A stretch of 64,000 bases of DNA from an uncultured Planctomycetales bacterium (GTDB taxonomy: Bacteria; Planctomycetota; Phycisphaerae; UBA1845; JAFGLZ01), in assembly GCA_964622545.1 (NCBI GenBank), contig CAZUQM010000008.1:11215-75214 (forward strand), in the 5' to 3' direction. A program made the position numbers and the translations under genes. Of the stretch, positions 9,618 to 18,576 are shown one piece after another (within the stretch, counting starts at the first letter, position 1; each line of letters opens with the position of its first letter). The notes beneath the pieces were generated by a model that was not told the DNA's origin, did not search any database, and worked only from the letters and a program-made list of their open reading frames with translations.

Positions 9618-10435
9618 ACGTGCGTTCGAAGTAGTAAGTAGGACACCACGTTGATCAGCGTCAGGCCGGCCGCGAAACACGCCATCCACGCCGCGCGCGG
9701 ACCGCGAAGCTGAGGTCGAAGCCAGATGACGCCCAAGGCGACGGCGTAGGTCAGCCATACGACGAACGTACCGCTGCTCATCAGCAGCTCGGCGCGACGT
9801 TGGTCGGTGGGCACGTGCGCCACGGCGCAGACGCCTGTCAGGATGCCGAACGTCAACAGGGGAAAGCCCAGGGCCACCAGCCCGCGTCCGACCCGTTCGA
9901 GCGTCTCGAGCGGCGGCAGCCGGCCGATCCGATCCAGCGCCTGCTTGTTTCGCAGGCTGCGATGGGCCAGCAAGTAGACCAGGCCGAAGACCCCGCTGGC
10001 GATGAAGCATGCGCTGGCCACGACGATCACCCCGGCGTGGCCGACGATGTGCCACTCGCGTAGATGCGTGACGCCCTGCGGAGCGGCGCGGAGCATCAAC
10101 AGCGACGCGGCCAGCAAGGCGACCGCCAGGGGAAGCAGGAAGACGTCGGCCCTTGCGAGCCGCCCGGACCAGCGGATGACGAGCACCTCGGCGCCGATCA
10201 GCCAGGCGATGAGCACCATCGATTCGAAACCGCTGACGATCAGGAGGGTGCCGGCGGCGATCACCCGCCAGGCGAGCAAGGCCAGTCCGGCCAACAACGC
10301 CAGCAGCAGGACGACGACTTCCGCTGCGTCGCCCCGCTCCTCGTCGCACCCGCCATGGCGCAGGGCCAAGCCCCAGGCGGCCACGTATCCCAACAGGGCC
10401 GTCATGAGCAGGGCAAGCTGTCCGGTGGTAGGCAT
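9614..10435 (-). CDS. CcsA/HemX-like cytochrome c assembly family membrane protein
   Basis: About 8 hydrophobic segments, conserved His, LPPLETLE and GFPLLTFGILTG; lies directly upstream of hemA. Confidence 0.8.
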   Translation of the reverse strand: MPTTGQLALLMTALLGYVAAWGLALRHGGCDEERGDAAEVVVLLLALLAGLALLAWRVIAAGTLLIVSGFESMVLIAWLIGAEVLVIRWSGRLARADVFLLPLAVALLAASLLMLRAAPQGVTHLREWHIVGHAGVIVVASACFIASGVFGLVYLLAHRSLRNKQALDRIGRLPPLETLERVGRGLVALGFPLLTFGILTGVCAVAHVPTDQRRAELLMSSGTFVVWLTYAVALGVIWLRPQLRGPRAAWMACFAAGLTLINVVSYLLLRTHV

Positions 10436-10638
10436 GGGATCTCCGTCGTCCGAAGGGTGCATCTTACCACGGGGCAGCGCGAGGCGACCAGGGCGTACGG
10501 CGGCCTTCCGCGTTCCGACAACGCGTTGCGCTCACGTGGGATAGGGCAAACACCGTTCAAGCTCGGGGCCCAATCGGCCGAGAACGCTCTCAGGGGAGCT
10601 TGATCCGCCAGGGCGCAACCCTAAGATGCCCCGTGCGT

Positions 10639-12771
10639 ATGGACGATTCGACCTCGAAGCAGACCTCGGAACCCCGCGAGCCCGACGTGGCCTCGTCGTG
10701 GACGCGGGCCGACTGGGCCGTCGCGGCCGTCCTGGCCCTCGTGGTGGCCGCTGTCTTCGCCAACAGCCTGCCCAACGAGTTCGTCTATGACGACATCACC
10801 GTGGTGGTGCAGGACACCCGGAGCCACAGCCTGTCGCGCCTCGGCGAGCTGTTTTCGGGCGGCTACTGGCAGGTCACGAAACGGCCGCTCTATCGGCCGC
10901 TGACCCACCTGAGCTTTGCTCTGAATCACGCCGTGACGGGCCTCTGGGCGCCGGGATATCGCGTGGTCAACCTGCTGCTGCACGGGACGATCTGCCTGTT
11001 GGTCTACCGGCTCGGGCTACGTCTGTTGCGAACGCGCTTCGCCGCGGTCGCCGCTGCGGTGCTCTACGCCGTGCATCCGCTGCATGTCGAGGCGGTCGTG
11101 CCCATCGTGGGTCGTTCGGAGCTGTTGGCCGCCCTGTTCGTGCTCTTGGCGCTGCTGCTGCATATGCAGGACGCCGAGCGCCGGCGCGCGGGCGTGACAT
11201 GGCGGTACGTCGTGATCGTCGCGCTGACGTGGGCGTCGATGCTGTGTAAGGAGAGCGCGGTCGTCCTGATCGGACTCGTAGTCGTTTACGACCTCTGGCG
11301 ACAGTGGGCTTCCGGCTCGCCGCGCGATCTGCGTACGTGGGAGCGCTTCCTCATCAGCCGATTCGCCAGGCGGTACGCGGGTATGCTGCTGGCGGTCGTC
11401 GTCGTGCTCGGCATGCGTCAGGCGGCCATCGGCATGCTCTTCGGCGAGGGTGTGACGTTTCCGGTCGCCGACAACCCCCTGCCCGGCGAACCGCTGCATG
11501 GGCGTCTGCTCACGGGGTTGGTCCTTTTCGGCAAATACACGCGTCTGCTGCTGGTCGGCTATCCGTTGTCGTGCGATTACAGCTACAACGCGATTCCGCT
11601 GCCCTCGACGCTGACCTGGCCGGTCGTCTGGGGTGCGGCATGTCTGACCGCGTTGCTCGCGGTGGCCGTGCGATCCTGGCGGCGCGGAGGCGTTGCCGCC
11701 CTGCTGATCCTCTGGTTCCTGGTCTGCTACAGCCCGGTGGCAAACGTCCTGGTGCTGATCGGCACGCTGTTCGCGGATCGTCTGATGTACCTGCCCTCGG
11801 CGCCGCTGGCGTTGCTGGTCGGGATCGTGGTGGATCGCGCGCTGGGAGGTCTCGGCCCGGCCGGTTCGCGTCTTGTCAGGCGTCTGTCAGCGGGTGGGCT
11901 GGTGCTCATCGCGGGCTGGATCGTTACGCTCGGCATCCTGACGATCGCCCGGAATCCGGTGTGGCGGAGCAACGAGACGCTCTTCCGAGACGGGCTGGCC
12001 AAGCAGCCGAACGCCGCGCGATGCCGGTACAACATCGGGGCCTGGCTCCTTCGTCACGGGGAGCCCGAGGAGGGCATCCGGCATCTCGAACGCGCTCTTG
12101 AGATCGTGGGGCAGTACTATCTGGCGAGGATGCAGCTCGCCCAGGCCTACGCCGCGCAGGAGGAATGGGATAGGGTCGTGGCCGTTCTCAAGCCCATGTT
12201 CGAGGACGTCGACCGGCCCACCGAGCACCTGATCACGCCGTGGCTGATGTATGCGAAGGCCTGCGAGGAGCTTGGCCGGGCCCGTGAGGCCGTGGACAGC
12301 TACGAGCGTGTCCGGAAGCTGGATCCGAAAAATGTCGGCGCGTTGACGGGCCTGGCTCGGATGGTTTCCGATCCCAACGACCGCTCGCTCTACGATCCTC
12401 CGGAGGCGTGGCTGTTGGTGCAGGAGGCCGCCAACGCGCATCCCGAGGAGCCGGCGGCGCTGCTCCAGGCCGCGCGGGTGGGCGTGATGCAACGGCGGTG
12501 GATCGAGGCCAGGGCGTACTACACCCGCGCCTATGAGATCCTCAGCGAGAAGGCCGAGGCCGCCAAGGCCGGATCGCTCGAGCGGGCTGAGAAGGTTCGG
12601 CTGCGGTCGATGGTGCGAGAGCTGAATCGGTTGGGCGAGATTTTTCGCGCCCGCAGGGACTACCGACGGGGTCTGCTCGGGGCCGCGACGCGCCCCACCA
12701 CCACCTCCGACCGCCGGCCGGCGTCGCGTCCGACGATGGGGTCCGCGCCGGGGGCTGGCAATCGCGATTGA
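10639..12771 (+). CDS. TMTC-like GT-C glycosyltransferase (DUF1736) with C-terminal TPRs, copy 1
   Basis: FVYDD, YRPL, HPLHVEAVVPIVGRSE, KESA, DNP, PLSCDYS, ADRLMYLPS, RNPVWRSNETL, then TPR helices. Confidence 0.82.
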   Translation: MDDSTSKQTSEPREPDVASSWTRADWAVAAVLALVVAAVFANSLPNEFVYDDITVVVQDTRSHSLSRLGELFSGGYWQVTKRPLYRPLTHLSFALNHAVTGLWAPGYRVVNLLLHGTICLLVYRLGLRLLRTRFAAVAAAVLYAVHPLHVEAVVPIVGRSELLAALFVLLALLLHMQDAERRRAGVTWRYVVIVALTWASMLCKESAVVLIGLVVVYDLWRQWASGSPRDLRTWERFLISRFARRYAGMLLAVVVVLGMRQAAIGMLFGEGVTFPVADNPLPGEPLHGRLLTGLVLFGKYTRLLLVGYPLSCDYSYNAIPLPSTLTWPVVWGAACLTALLAVAVRSWRRGGVAALLILWFLVCYSPVANVLVLIGTLFADRLMYLPSAPLALLVGIVVDRALGGLGPAGSRLVRRLSAGGLVLIAGWIVTLGILTIARNPVWRSNETLFRDGLAKQPNAARCRYNIGAWLLRHGEPEEGIRHLERALEIVGQYYLARMQLAQAYAAQEEWDRVVAVLKPMFEDVDRPTEHLITPWLMYAKACEELGRAREAVDSYERVRKLDPKNVGALTGLARMVSDPNDRSLYDPPEAWLLVQEAANAHPEEPAALLQAARVGVMQRRWIEARAYYTRAYEILSEKAEAAKAGSLERAEKVRLRSMVRELNRLGEIFRARRDYRRGLLGAATRPTTTSDRRPASRPTMGSAPGAGNRD

Positions 12772-12797
12772 CCCGACCGGCGCGCAATCGCTACAGT
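12759..12797 (+). promoter_or_regulatory. Putative sigma70 promoter with overlapping palindrome for the dehydratase genes
   Basis: TTGACC (12768-12773)-N18-TACAGT (12792-12797); perfect palindrome CAATCGCGATTG at 12759-12770. Confidence 0.35.
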
Positions 12798-12806
12798 CTA
12801 ACTACC

Positions 12807-13970
12807 ATGAGCACACAACCAGCCAGCAATCGTGGCGAGGCCCTGAAGCGTCTGCACGCTGCGGCGCGGCGCCCCGGTGATCTCGCCCGAGCCTGGAAGC
12901 AAGAGACCGGGCGTCCCGTGGTGGGCACCTTCTGCAGCTACGTGCCGGAGGAGGTGATCGCGGCGGCCGGAGGGCTGCCCTTCCGCGTCATCGACGTGCC
13001 CGGGGAGTTCTCGCAGGCCGACCGCTGCCTCCAGGCGTACGCCTGCTGTCTGGCTCGGGGCGCGCTGCAGCTTGGCATGACCGACGGGACCGACTTCCTT
13101 GACGGGGTGGTCTTCTCGAACACGTGCGACACCATGCAGTGCCTGGCCGATATCTGGGCCGCCAACGTCGGTGGGGGTTTCTGCGAGACGTTTATGGTGC
13201 CCGTGCAGCTCGACGGGCCCGGGTCGCGCGAGTTCGTCCTGGCCGAGCTCGGCAAGCTGATCGATCGGCTGAGCGGGCATCTCGGCGTGGCGATCGAGCC
13301 TCAGGCACTCACCGACGCGGTCGAGGCCTGCCGGGCAGGCCGACGCGCGCTCGAGCAGGTCCAGGGCGCCCAGCGTGCCGAGACGCCGCAGCTCTCGCCG
13401 TCGGACTACTACGCCGCGTTCATGGCCCGATGGGTCATGCCGCCACGGGATTACGTGCAGACGATCTCGGCCCTGCTCGACGACCCCGACCCACCGGCCG
13501 CGACCGGACCGCGGATCGCCGTCATCGGCGGCCCGCTGTACGCCGGCACGCTGCCGGATCTGCTGACCGATCTTGGGGCGAGCTGGGTCACCGACGACCT
13601 CTGCACCGGCGGTCGATCGACGTGGGTCTCGCCGACCGCCTCGGAGGACCCGGTCGAGGCGATCGCCGACCGGTTGCTCAACCGGCCTATCTGTCCGACG
13701 AAGTACGCGACCGACCATGACCCGGGCCCCGTGGCCGTGGACACGGTTCGCGCGGCGGCGGCCGACGGCGTGGTGATGTACCGGCTCAAGTTCTGCGAGC
13801 CGCACGCCTTCGACGCGCCGAGGATTCAAGAGGCCTTCGACGAGGCAGGCATTCCGCACGCGCTCATCGAGGTCGAGAGCCCGTCCAGCGGTGGCGGGCA
13901 ATTGCGAACGCGACTGCAAGCCTTTCTCGAGATGCTGGGCGAGGCCGAACCCGCGGAGGCGACATCATGA
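12807..13970 (+). CDS. 2-hydroxyacyl-CoA dehydratase / benzoyl-CoA reductase family subunit (HgdB/FldC/BcrC-like)
   Basis: GTFCSYVPEEVIAAAG, YACCLARG, NTCDTMQ, KFCEPH, QLRTRLQAFLE. Confidence 0.88.
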   Translation: MSTQPASNRGEALKRLHAAARRPGDLARAWKQETGRPVVGTFCSYVPEEVIAAAGGLPFRVIDVPGEFSQADRCLQAYACCLARGALQLGMTDGTDFLDGVVFSNTCDTMQCLADIWAANVGGGFCETFMVPVQLDGPGSREFVLAELGKLIDRLSGHLGVAIEPQALTDAVEACRAGRRALEQVQGAQRAETPQLSPSDYYAAFMARWVMPPRDYVQTISALLDDPDPPAATGPRIAVIGGPLYAGTLPDLLTDLGASWVTDDLCTGGRSTWVSPTASEDPVEAIADRLLNRPICPTKYATDHDPGPVAVDTVRAAAADGVVMYRLKFCEPHAFDAPRIQEAFDEAGIPHALIEVESPSSGGGQLRTRLQAFLEMLGEAEPAEATS

Positions 13971-15220
13971 CCTCCTCGACGCAAGCGACCACGGACGGCA
14001 AGGCGCGCGGGCCGAAGTATGCCCGGCTCGACTGCACCCAACGGCTTCATAAGCTGATGCGCCGGTACTACACCTACGCCAAGATCATGCCGCGATTCGG
14101 CAAGAAGATCGCCTGGATCACCAGCGGCGGTCCGGTGGAGCTGCTCTACGCGGCGGGCATCATCCCGCTCTACCCGGAGAACCACGGCGCGATGTGCGGG
14201 GCGACGCGCATGGGCCCCAAGCTCAGCGAGACGGCCGAGCGGCTCGGCTTCAGTCGCGACCTGTGCAGCTATGCCCGGTGCGACATCGCCTGTGCCGTCG
14301 AGGGGGGCGGGCCGATCGGCGGCATGCCCAAACCCGACCTGCTCGTCTGCTGCAACAACATCTGCGGCACGGTGACCAAGTGGTACGAGTTCCTGGCCCG
14401 GCACTTTAGGGTCCCGCTCGTGCTGATCGACACGCCGTTCCTGCACGAGGGCGACCTGGCCGAGCACACCTATCGGTACGTGCGGCCGCAGTTCGACCAG
14501 ATGATCGAGACCATCGAGTCGGTCACGCGACGGCCCTTCCGCGAGAGCCGGCTGCAGCATCGCATGCGGCTGAGTCTCGACTGCGTCCAGGCCTGGCAGC
14601 GGATCCTCAGCTACTGCGAGCATCGTCCGGCGCCGATCTCGTGCTTTGACGCCTTCGGGCACATGTTCCCGATCGTGACGCTCCGTGGCACGAAGTGGGC
14701 GATCCGGTATTACAGGCACCTCGAGCAGGAGATCCAACGTCGTGTCGAGACGGGCTTCGGCGCCGTGCCCGAGGAGAAGATCCGGCTGCTGTGGGACAAC
14801 ATCCCCATCTGGTACGACATCCGCAGCCTGTTCAAGCACCTGGCTCGCCACGGCGCGTGCCTCGTGGCCGATACCTACACGAACGCGTGGACGATGGATC
14901 GCTTCGATCAGGCCCGCTCGCTGGACAGCCTGGCCGAGGCCTACGCGTCGATCTTCCTGAACGTGGGGCTTCGTCAGCGATTCGAGCAGACGGCCACGCT
15001 GGCCCGGCGGTTCGACGTCGACGGCGTGCTGATCCACTCGAACCGGAGCTGTAAGCCGTACTCGTTCGGGCAGCTCGACATCCAGCGATGGGTCCGCGAG
15101 GAGCTGAACCTGCCCTGCCTGATGATCGAGGCCGACATGACCGACTCGCGGAGCTACGCGGCCGACCAGGTCCGAACCCGCCTCGATGCCTTTCTCGAGC
15201 AACTGGATCCGGCGGCATGA
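13967..15220 (+). CDS. 2-hydroxyacyl-CoA dehydratase family subunit (HgdA/FldB/BcrB-like)
   Basis: AWITSGGPVE, PENHGA, GFSRDLCSYAR, CNNICGTVTKW, HSNRSCK; ATGA overlap with the upstream gene. Confidence 0.9.
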   Translation: MTSSTQATTDGKARGPKYARLDCTQRLHKLMRRYYTYAKIMPRFGKKIAWITSGGPVELLYAAGIIPLYPENHGAMCGATRMGPKLSETAERLGFSRDLCSYARCDIACAVEGGGPIGGMPKPDLLVCCNNICGTVTKWYEFLARHFRVPLVLIDTPFLHEGDLAEHTYRYVRPQFDQMIETIESVTRRPFRESRLQHRMRLSLDCVQAWQRILSYCEHRPAPISCFDAFGHMFPIVTLRGTKWAIRYYRHLEQEIQRRVETGFGAVPEEKIRLLWDNIPIWYDIRSLFKHLARHGACLVADTYTNAWTMDRFDQARSLDSLAEAYASIFLNVGLRQRFEQTATLARRFDVDGVLIHSNRSCKPYSFGQLDIQRWVREELNLPCLMIEADMTDSRSYAADQVRTRLDAFLEQLDPAA

Positions 15221-16023
15221 CGGCGCAGACGCTGACGCTGGGCGTGGACCTTGGCTCGACGGCGATCAAGGCCGTCGTGCTCGCCGATGGCGAGCGCGTG
15301 CTCGCTCAGGGGCTGTCCGCCACCGGTCACAACGCGCGGCAGTCGGCGGGCTCGGTCGTCCAAGAGGTCCTCGAGGCCGCGGGCGTCGGCGACGGCGGCG
15401 TCGCCCGCAGCATCGCCACCGGCTACGGTCGGCTGTACTACGACGACGCCGATCGCGAGGTCAGCGAGATCACGTGTCACGCCCGTGGCGCGCGATGTCT
15501 CGAGCGCGATGCGAGGACGGTCATCGACATCGGCGGCCAGGACAGCAAGGTCATCAGCATCGCGCCGGCCGGGAAGGTGCTGGACTTCGCCATGAACGAC
15601 AAGTGCGCGGCGGGTACGGGGCGCTTCCTCGAGGTGATGGCCCGGGCGCTCGACGTGCCGATCGACGAGTTCGGGCCTCTCGCCCGCCGGAGCCGGCAAG
15701 CCCTTCAGATCTCCACGACGTGCACCGTCTTCGCCGAGAGCGAGGTTGTCGGTCTGGTCGCGCAGGGCAGCGAGTTGCCGGACATCGTGGCCGCGATCCA
15801 TCGCTCGATCGCTTCGCGTGTCGGCGCGATGGTCCAACGGATCGGTGTGAACCCCCCTCTCGTGGCCACCGGGGGTGTGGCCCGCAACGCGGCGGCGATC
15901 GAGGCGCTCGGGCGGGAGCTGAATCAGCCGATCACGGTGCCCGCCGATTCCCAGTTCGCCGGTGCGATCGGGGCGGCGTTGATCGCCCACGACGACGTGA
16001 TGCGTCAGCCCCCCAAGCGCTGA
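15217..16023 (+). CDS. ASKHA-type CoA-substrate-specific enzyme activase (HgdC/BadF/BcrA-like)
   Basis: GVDLGST, ATGYGR, EITCHARG, DIGGQDSK, MNDKCAAGTGRFLE, CTVFAESE. Confidence 0.93.
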   Translation: MTAQTLTLGVDLGSTAIKAVVLADGERVLAQGLSATGHNARQSAGSVVQEVLEAAGVGDGGVARSIATGYGRLYYDDADREVSEITCHARGARCLERDARTVIDIGGQDSKVISIAPAGKVLDFAMNDKCAAGTGRFLEVMARALDVPIDEFGPLARRSRQALQISTTCTVFAESEVVGLVAQGSELPDIVAAIHRSIASRVGAMVQRIGVNPPLVATGGVARNAAAIEALGRELNQPITVPADSQFAGAIGAALIAHDDVMRQPPKR

Positions 16024-16703
16024 CGGAGTTCCTCGAGGATCTCCTTGCCCGACGACGTGCCGATGCGGTCGGCGCCGGCGGCGATCATCGCCGTCGCGTC
16101 GTCGAGCGTGCGTATGCCGCCCGCGGCCTTGACCTTCATGCCGTCGGCGTGATCGCGTAGGAGCCTGACGGTCTCGATCGTGGCCCCGCCGGAGGCGTGC
16201 ATGCCCGTCGAGGTCTTAACGTAATCGGCGCCGGCGCGGCGAGCACACGCGCACGCGCGGATGATCTCTTCCTGGGTCAGGGCGCCGCACTCGAGGATCA
16301 CCTTCACGAGGCCTTCGGCTTCGCCGTGGTCGCGGGCGACGCGGACCACCCCCTCGATGTCCGCCGTCACCGCATCGTCCCGATCGGCCCGCAGGCCGCC
16401 GACATGGATGACCATGTCGATCTCGGTCGCGCCGTCCCGCAGCGCCTGCCGCGTCTCGGCGGCCTTGACCGAGGTCGGCACGCTGCCGAGCGGAAAGCCC
16501 ACAACCGAACAGACGTCCACGTTGGTGTCGCCGAGCACGTCGGCGGCGAGCTTGACGTAGATCGCGTTGACGCAGACCGCGGCGAACGCGTGCTCGCGGG
16601 CCTCGTCGCAGAGGCGGCGTATGTCGTCGGGGGTGGCCTCAGCCTTGAGGTTGGTGTGGTCGATGGCGGCGGCCAGGCTCGCGGGGTCGGGTAGCTCGCT
16701 CAT
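16005..16703 (-). CDS. deoC: Deoxyribose-phosphate aldolase
   Basis: IDHTNLK, VVGFPLG, EIDMV, KVILE, YVKTSTG, KAAGGIR, RIGTS. Confidence 0.96.
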   Translation of the reverse strand: MSELPDPASLAAAIDHTNLKAEATPDDIRRLCDEAREHAFAAVCVNAIYVKLAADVLGDTNVDVCSVVGFPLGSVPTSVKAAETRQALRDGATEIDMVIHVGGLRADRDDAVTADIEGVVRVARDHGEAEGLVKVILECGALTQEEIIRACACARRAGADYVKTSTGMHASGGATIETVRLLRDHADGMKVKAAGGIRTLDDATAMIAAGADRIGTSSGKEILEELRQRLGG

Positions 16704-16832
16704 GATGCCTCCCTGGGCGGTGGATCGTCTCGGCGGAAGTCGACCGTGCGGGCGTAGTCTACAGGGAGCGGGGCGGCGCCGGAAGCGGCAGCAGCGGCCC
16801 GCCGTTCGGCGATCGCGCCGTGGGGGCGGGGA

Positions 16833-17117
16833 TCAGCCCTTCTGGGCGAACGGGGGCTTGCGGGCGAACATCCGCTGGCACTCGGCGATCACCTCGCAGG
16901 CGGCGTCGATGCAGCCTCGCGAGCCGCGGCATTCGATGGATTGAAGGGCGTCGAGATCGATCTCGGCCAGGGGCTTGCCGATGATGACCTCGCGCATCTG
17001 CTCGGCGATGTTGGCGCACTCGGGGTGGTCGATGATGTCGAATTGCTCGAAGCAGAGCTGCCCCGAACGATCATTCAACGAGAAACGGATCTTGTCCGCG
17101 CAGTTGTGAATCGACAT
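16833..17117 (-). CDS. Small Cys-rich protein, TSCPD / TIGR03905-like
   Basis: Strong SD GGAGGAGG; 94 aa; C..IRF.L...C...G.PL.E...L..I.C.G...C.D spacing. Confidence 0.65.
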   Translation of the reverse strand: MSIHNCADKIRFSLNDRSGQLCFEQFDIIDHPECANIAEQMREVIIGKPLAEIDLDALQSIECRGSRGCIDAACEVIAECQRMFARKPPFAQKG

Positions 17118-17291
17118 GACCGGACCTCCTCCGCATACGCCCGCGGGGGCATCCGGCTCGCACCACGCCAGGACCGATGGAGCCAGCGTCATCTGGCCAG
17201 GTCGCACGCGGCTCTCTACGCACACATCGACGCGGCCGTCGGTCGCTGGTTGGCTCGTCCGTCGGGATCGGTGTCTCAGATTGGAGGTCTG

Positions 17292-18560
17292 CTAGTGGTC
17301 GCAGATGTTGTCGCCGACCGTGAGCGTGCCGTTCAGATAGCTCTCGACGACTTGTCTCGGCGGTTGGGCCGGAGCGCCGGTCATCACCTGAACGCCGTGC
17401 TGGACAAAGAGCTGCTGGGCCCGCTGACCCATGCCCCCGGCGATCACGAGATTGACGCCACGCTCGCTCAGCCACGGCGGCAGCAGACCCGGTTGATGCT
17501 CGGGCGCCTCGACGCTGGTCTGGTCCACGATCTGCTTCGTCTCAGGATCGACGTCGATCAGCTCGAACGCCTGACAATGCCCGAAGTGCATGCACAGCAT
17601 GCCGTCAGCGGCCGGAATAGCGATACGCATAACAGAACCTTCCTTTGGGTTAGATGCGCCACTGTCCGCAGTCGTGGCGGCGGTTTCTTTTTCGGTCAAT
17701 TTGCCCTCGACGGCGGTCACGAGCTGTTGGAGCCCCGCCGCCGCGCCGTCGCTGCCGCTGGCGGGCCATCGTCCCGAGTCGGCCGAGGCCACCACACTCG
17801 GGTCGATCGGTATTCTAGCAAGACACGGCACGCCCATCTGCTCGGCCAGTTGGATGCCGCCTCCCTGGCTGAAGACGTCGGAGGTTTCACCGCAGTGCGG
17901 GCAGACGAACCCGCTCATGTTCTCCACGACGCCCATGACGGGCACGTCGAGGTGTTCGCAGAAGCGCATGGACTTACGGACGTCGATCAAGGCGACCTGC
18001 TGCGGCGTGGTCACGACGATCGCGCCGGTGATGTGCGGCAGGATCTGTGCCAGGCTGAGGGGTTCGTCCCCGGTGCCCGGGGGGCAATCGATGACGAGGA
18101 CGTCCAGGTCGCCCCACTCGACCTCGTCGAGCAATTGACGGATGACGCCCATCTTCATCGGGCCGCGCCAGATGACCGCGCTGTCGTCGTCCGGCAACAG
18201 CAGTCCCAGCGACATGACCTTCATGCCGCCGCGTTGCACCGGCCTGAGCTGCTTGCTCTCGGTCTCGAGGTCCTTGCGCGACAGGCCCAGCATGATCGGC
18301 ACGCTCGGTCCGTGGATGTCCACGTCGAGCAGGCCCACGTTCATGCCGCGTTCGGCGAGGCTTGCGGCCAGCCCGACCGCGACCGTGCTCTTGCCGACCC
18401 CGCCCTTGCCGCTGAGGACCAGCACGACGTCACGGACGTTCGGCAGCGAGACCTTCTCCAGCGCGTTTGATGCGGCCTTGGTTCGGCCCTGACGGTCCCT
18501 GCCGGCGGAGGAGCATCCGCCATCGGAGCAGCCCTGATTGCCTTGCATACACTGTCCCAC
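17292..18560 (-). CDS. Mrp/NBP35 (ApbC) Fe-S carrier ATPase fused to a C-terminal NifB/NifX-like domain (MrpORP-like)
   Basis: SGKGGVGKST, DVDIHGPS, WRGP, DCPPGTGD, VENMSGFVCPHC; C-terminal MRIAIP...HFGHC...AGGMG...NICDH. Confidence 0.9.
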   Translation of the reverse strand: MGQCMQGNQGCSDGGCSSAGRDRQGRTKAASNALEKVSLPNVRDVVLVLSGKGGVGKSTVAVGLAASLAERGMNVGLLDVDIHGPSVPIMLGLSRKDLETESKQLRPVQRGGMKVMSLGLLLPDDDSAVIWRGPMKMGVIRQLLDEVEWGDLDVLVIDCPPGTGDEPLSLAQILPHITGAIVVTTPQQVALIDVRKSMRFCEHLDVPVMGVVENMSGFVCPHCGETSDVFSQGGGIQLAEQMGVPCLARIPIDPSVVASADSGRWPASGSDGAAAGLQQLVTAVEGKLTEKETAATTADSGASNPKEGSVMRIAIPAADGMLCMHFGHCQAFELIDVDPETKQIVDQTSVEAPEHQPGLLPPWLSERGVNLVIAGGMGQRAQQLFVQHGVQVMTGAPAQPPRQVVESYLNGTLTVGDNICDH

Positions 18561-18576
18561 GTTCGTTCCTACCTCT

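Noticed and set aside
9618-10349. Apparent 244-aa N-terminal extension of HemA; similar extensions on the ORFs ending at 18812, 20247, 20663 and 21951
   Set aside because: They overlap the upstream genes in another frame; the true starts have SD sequences or stop/start overlaps
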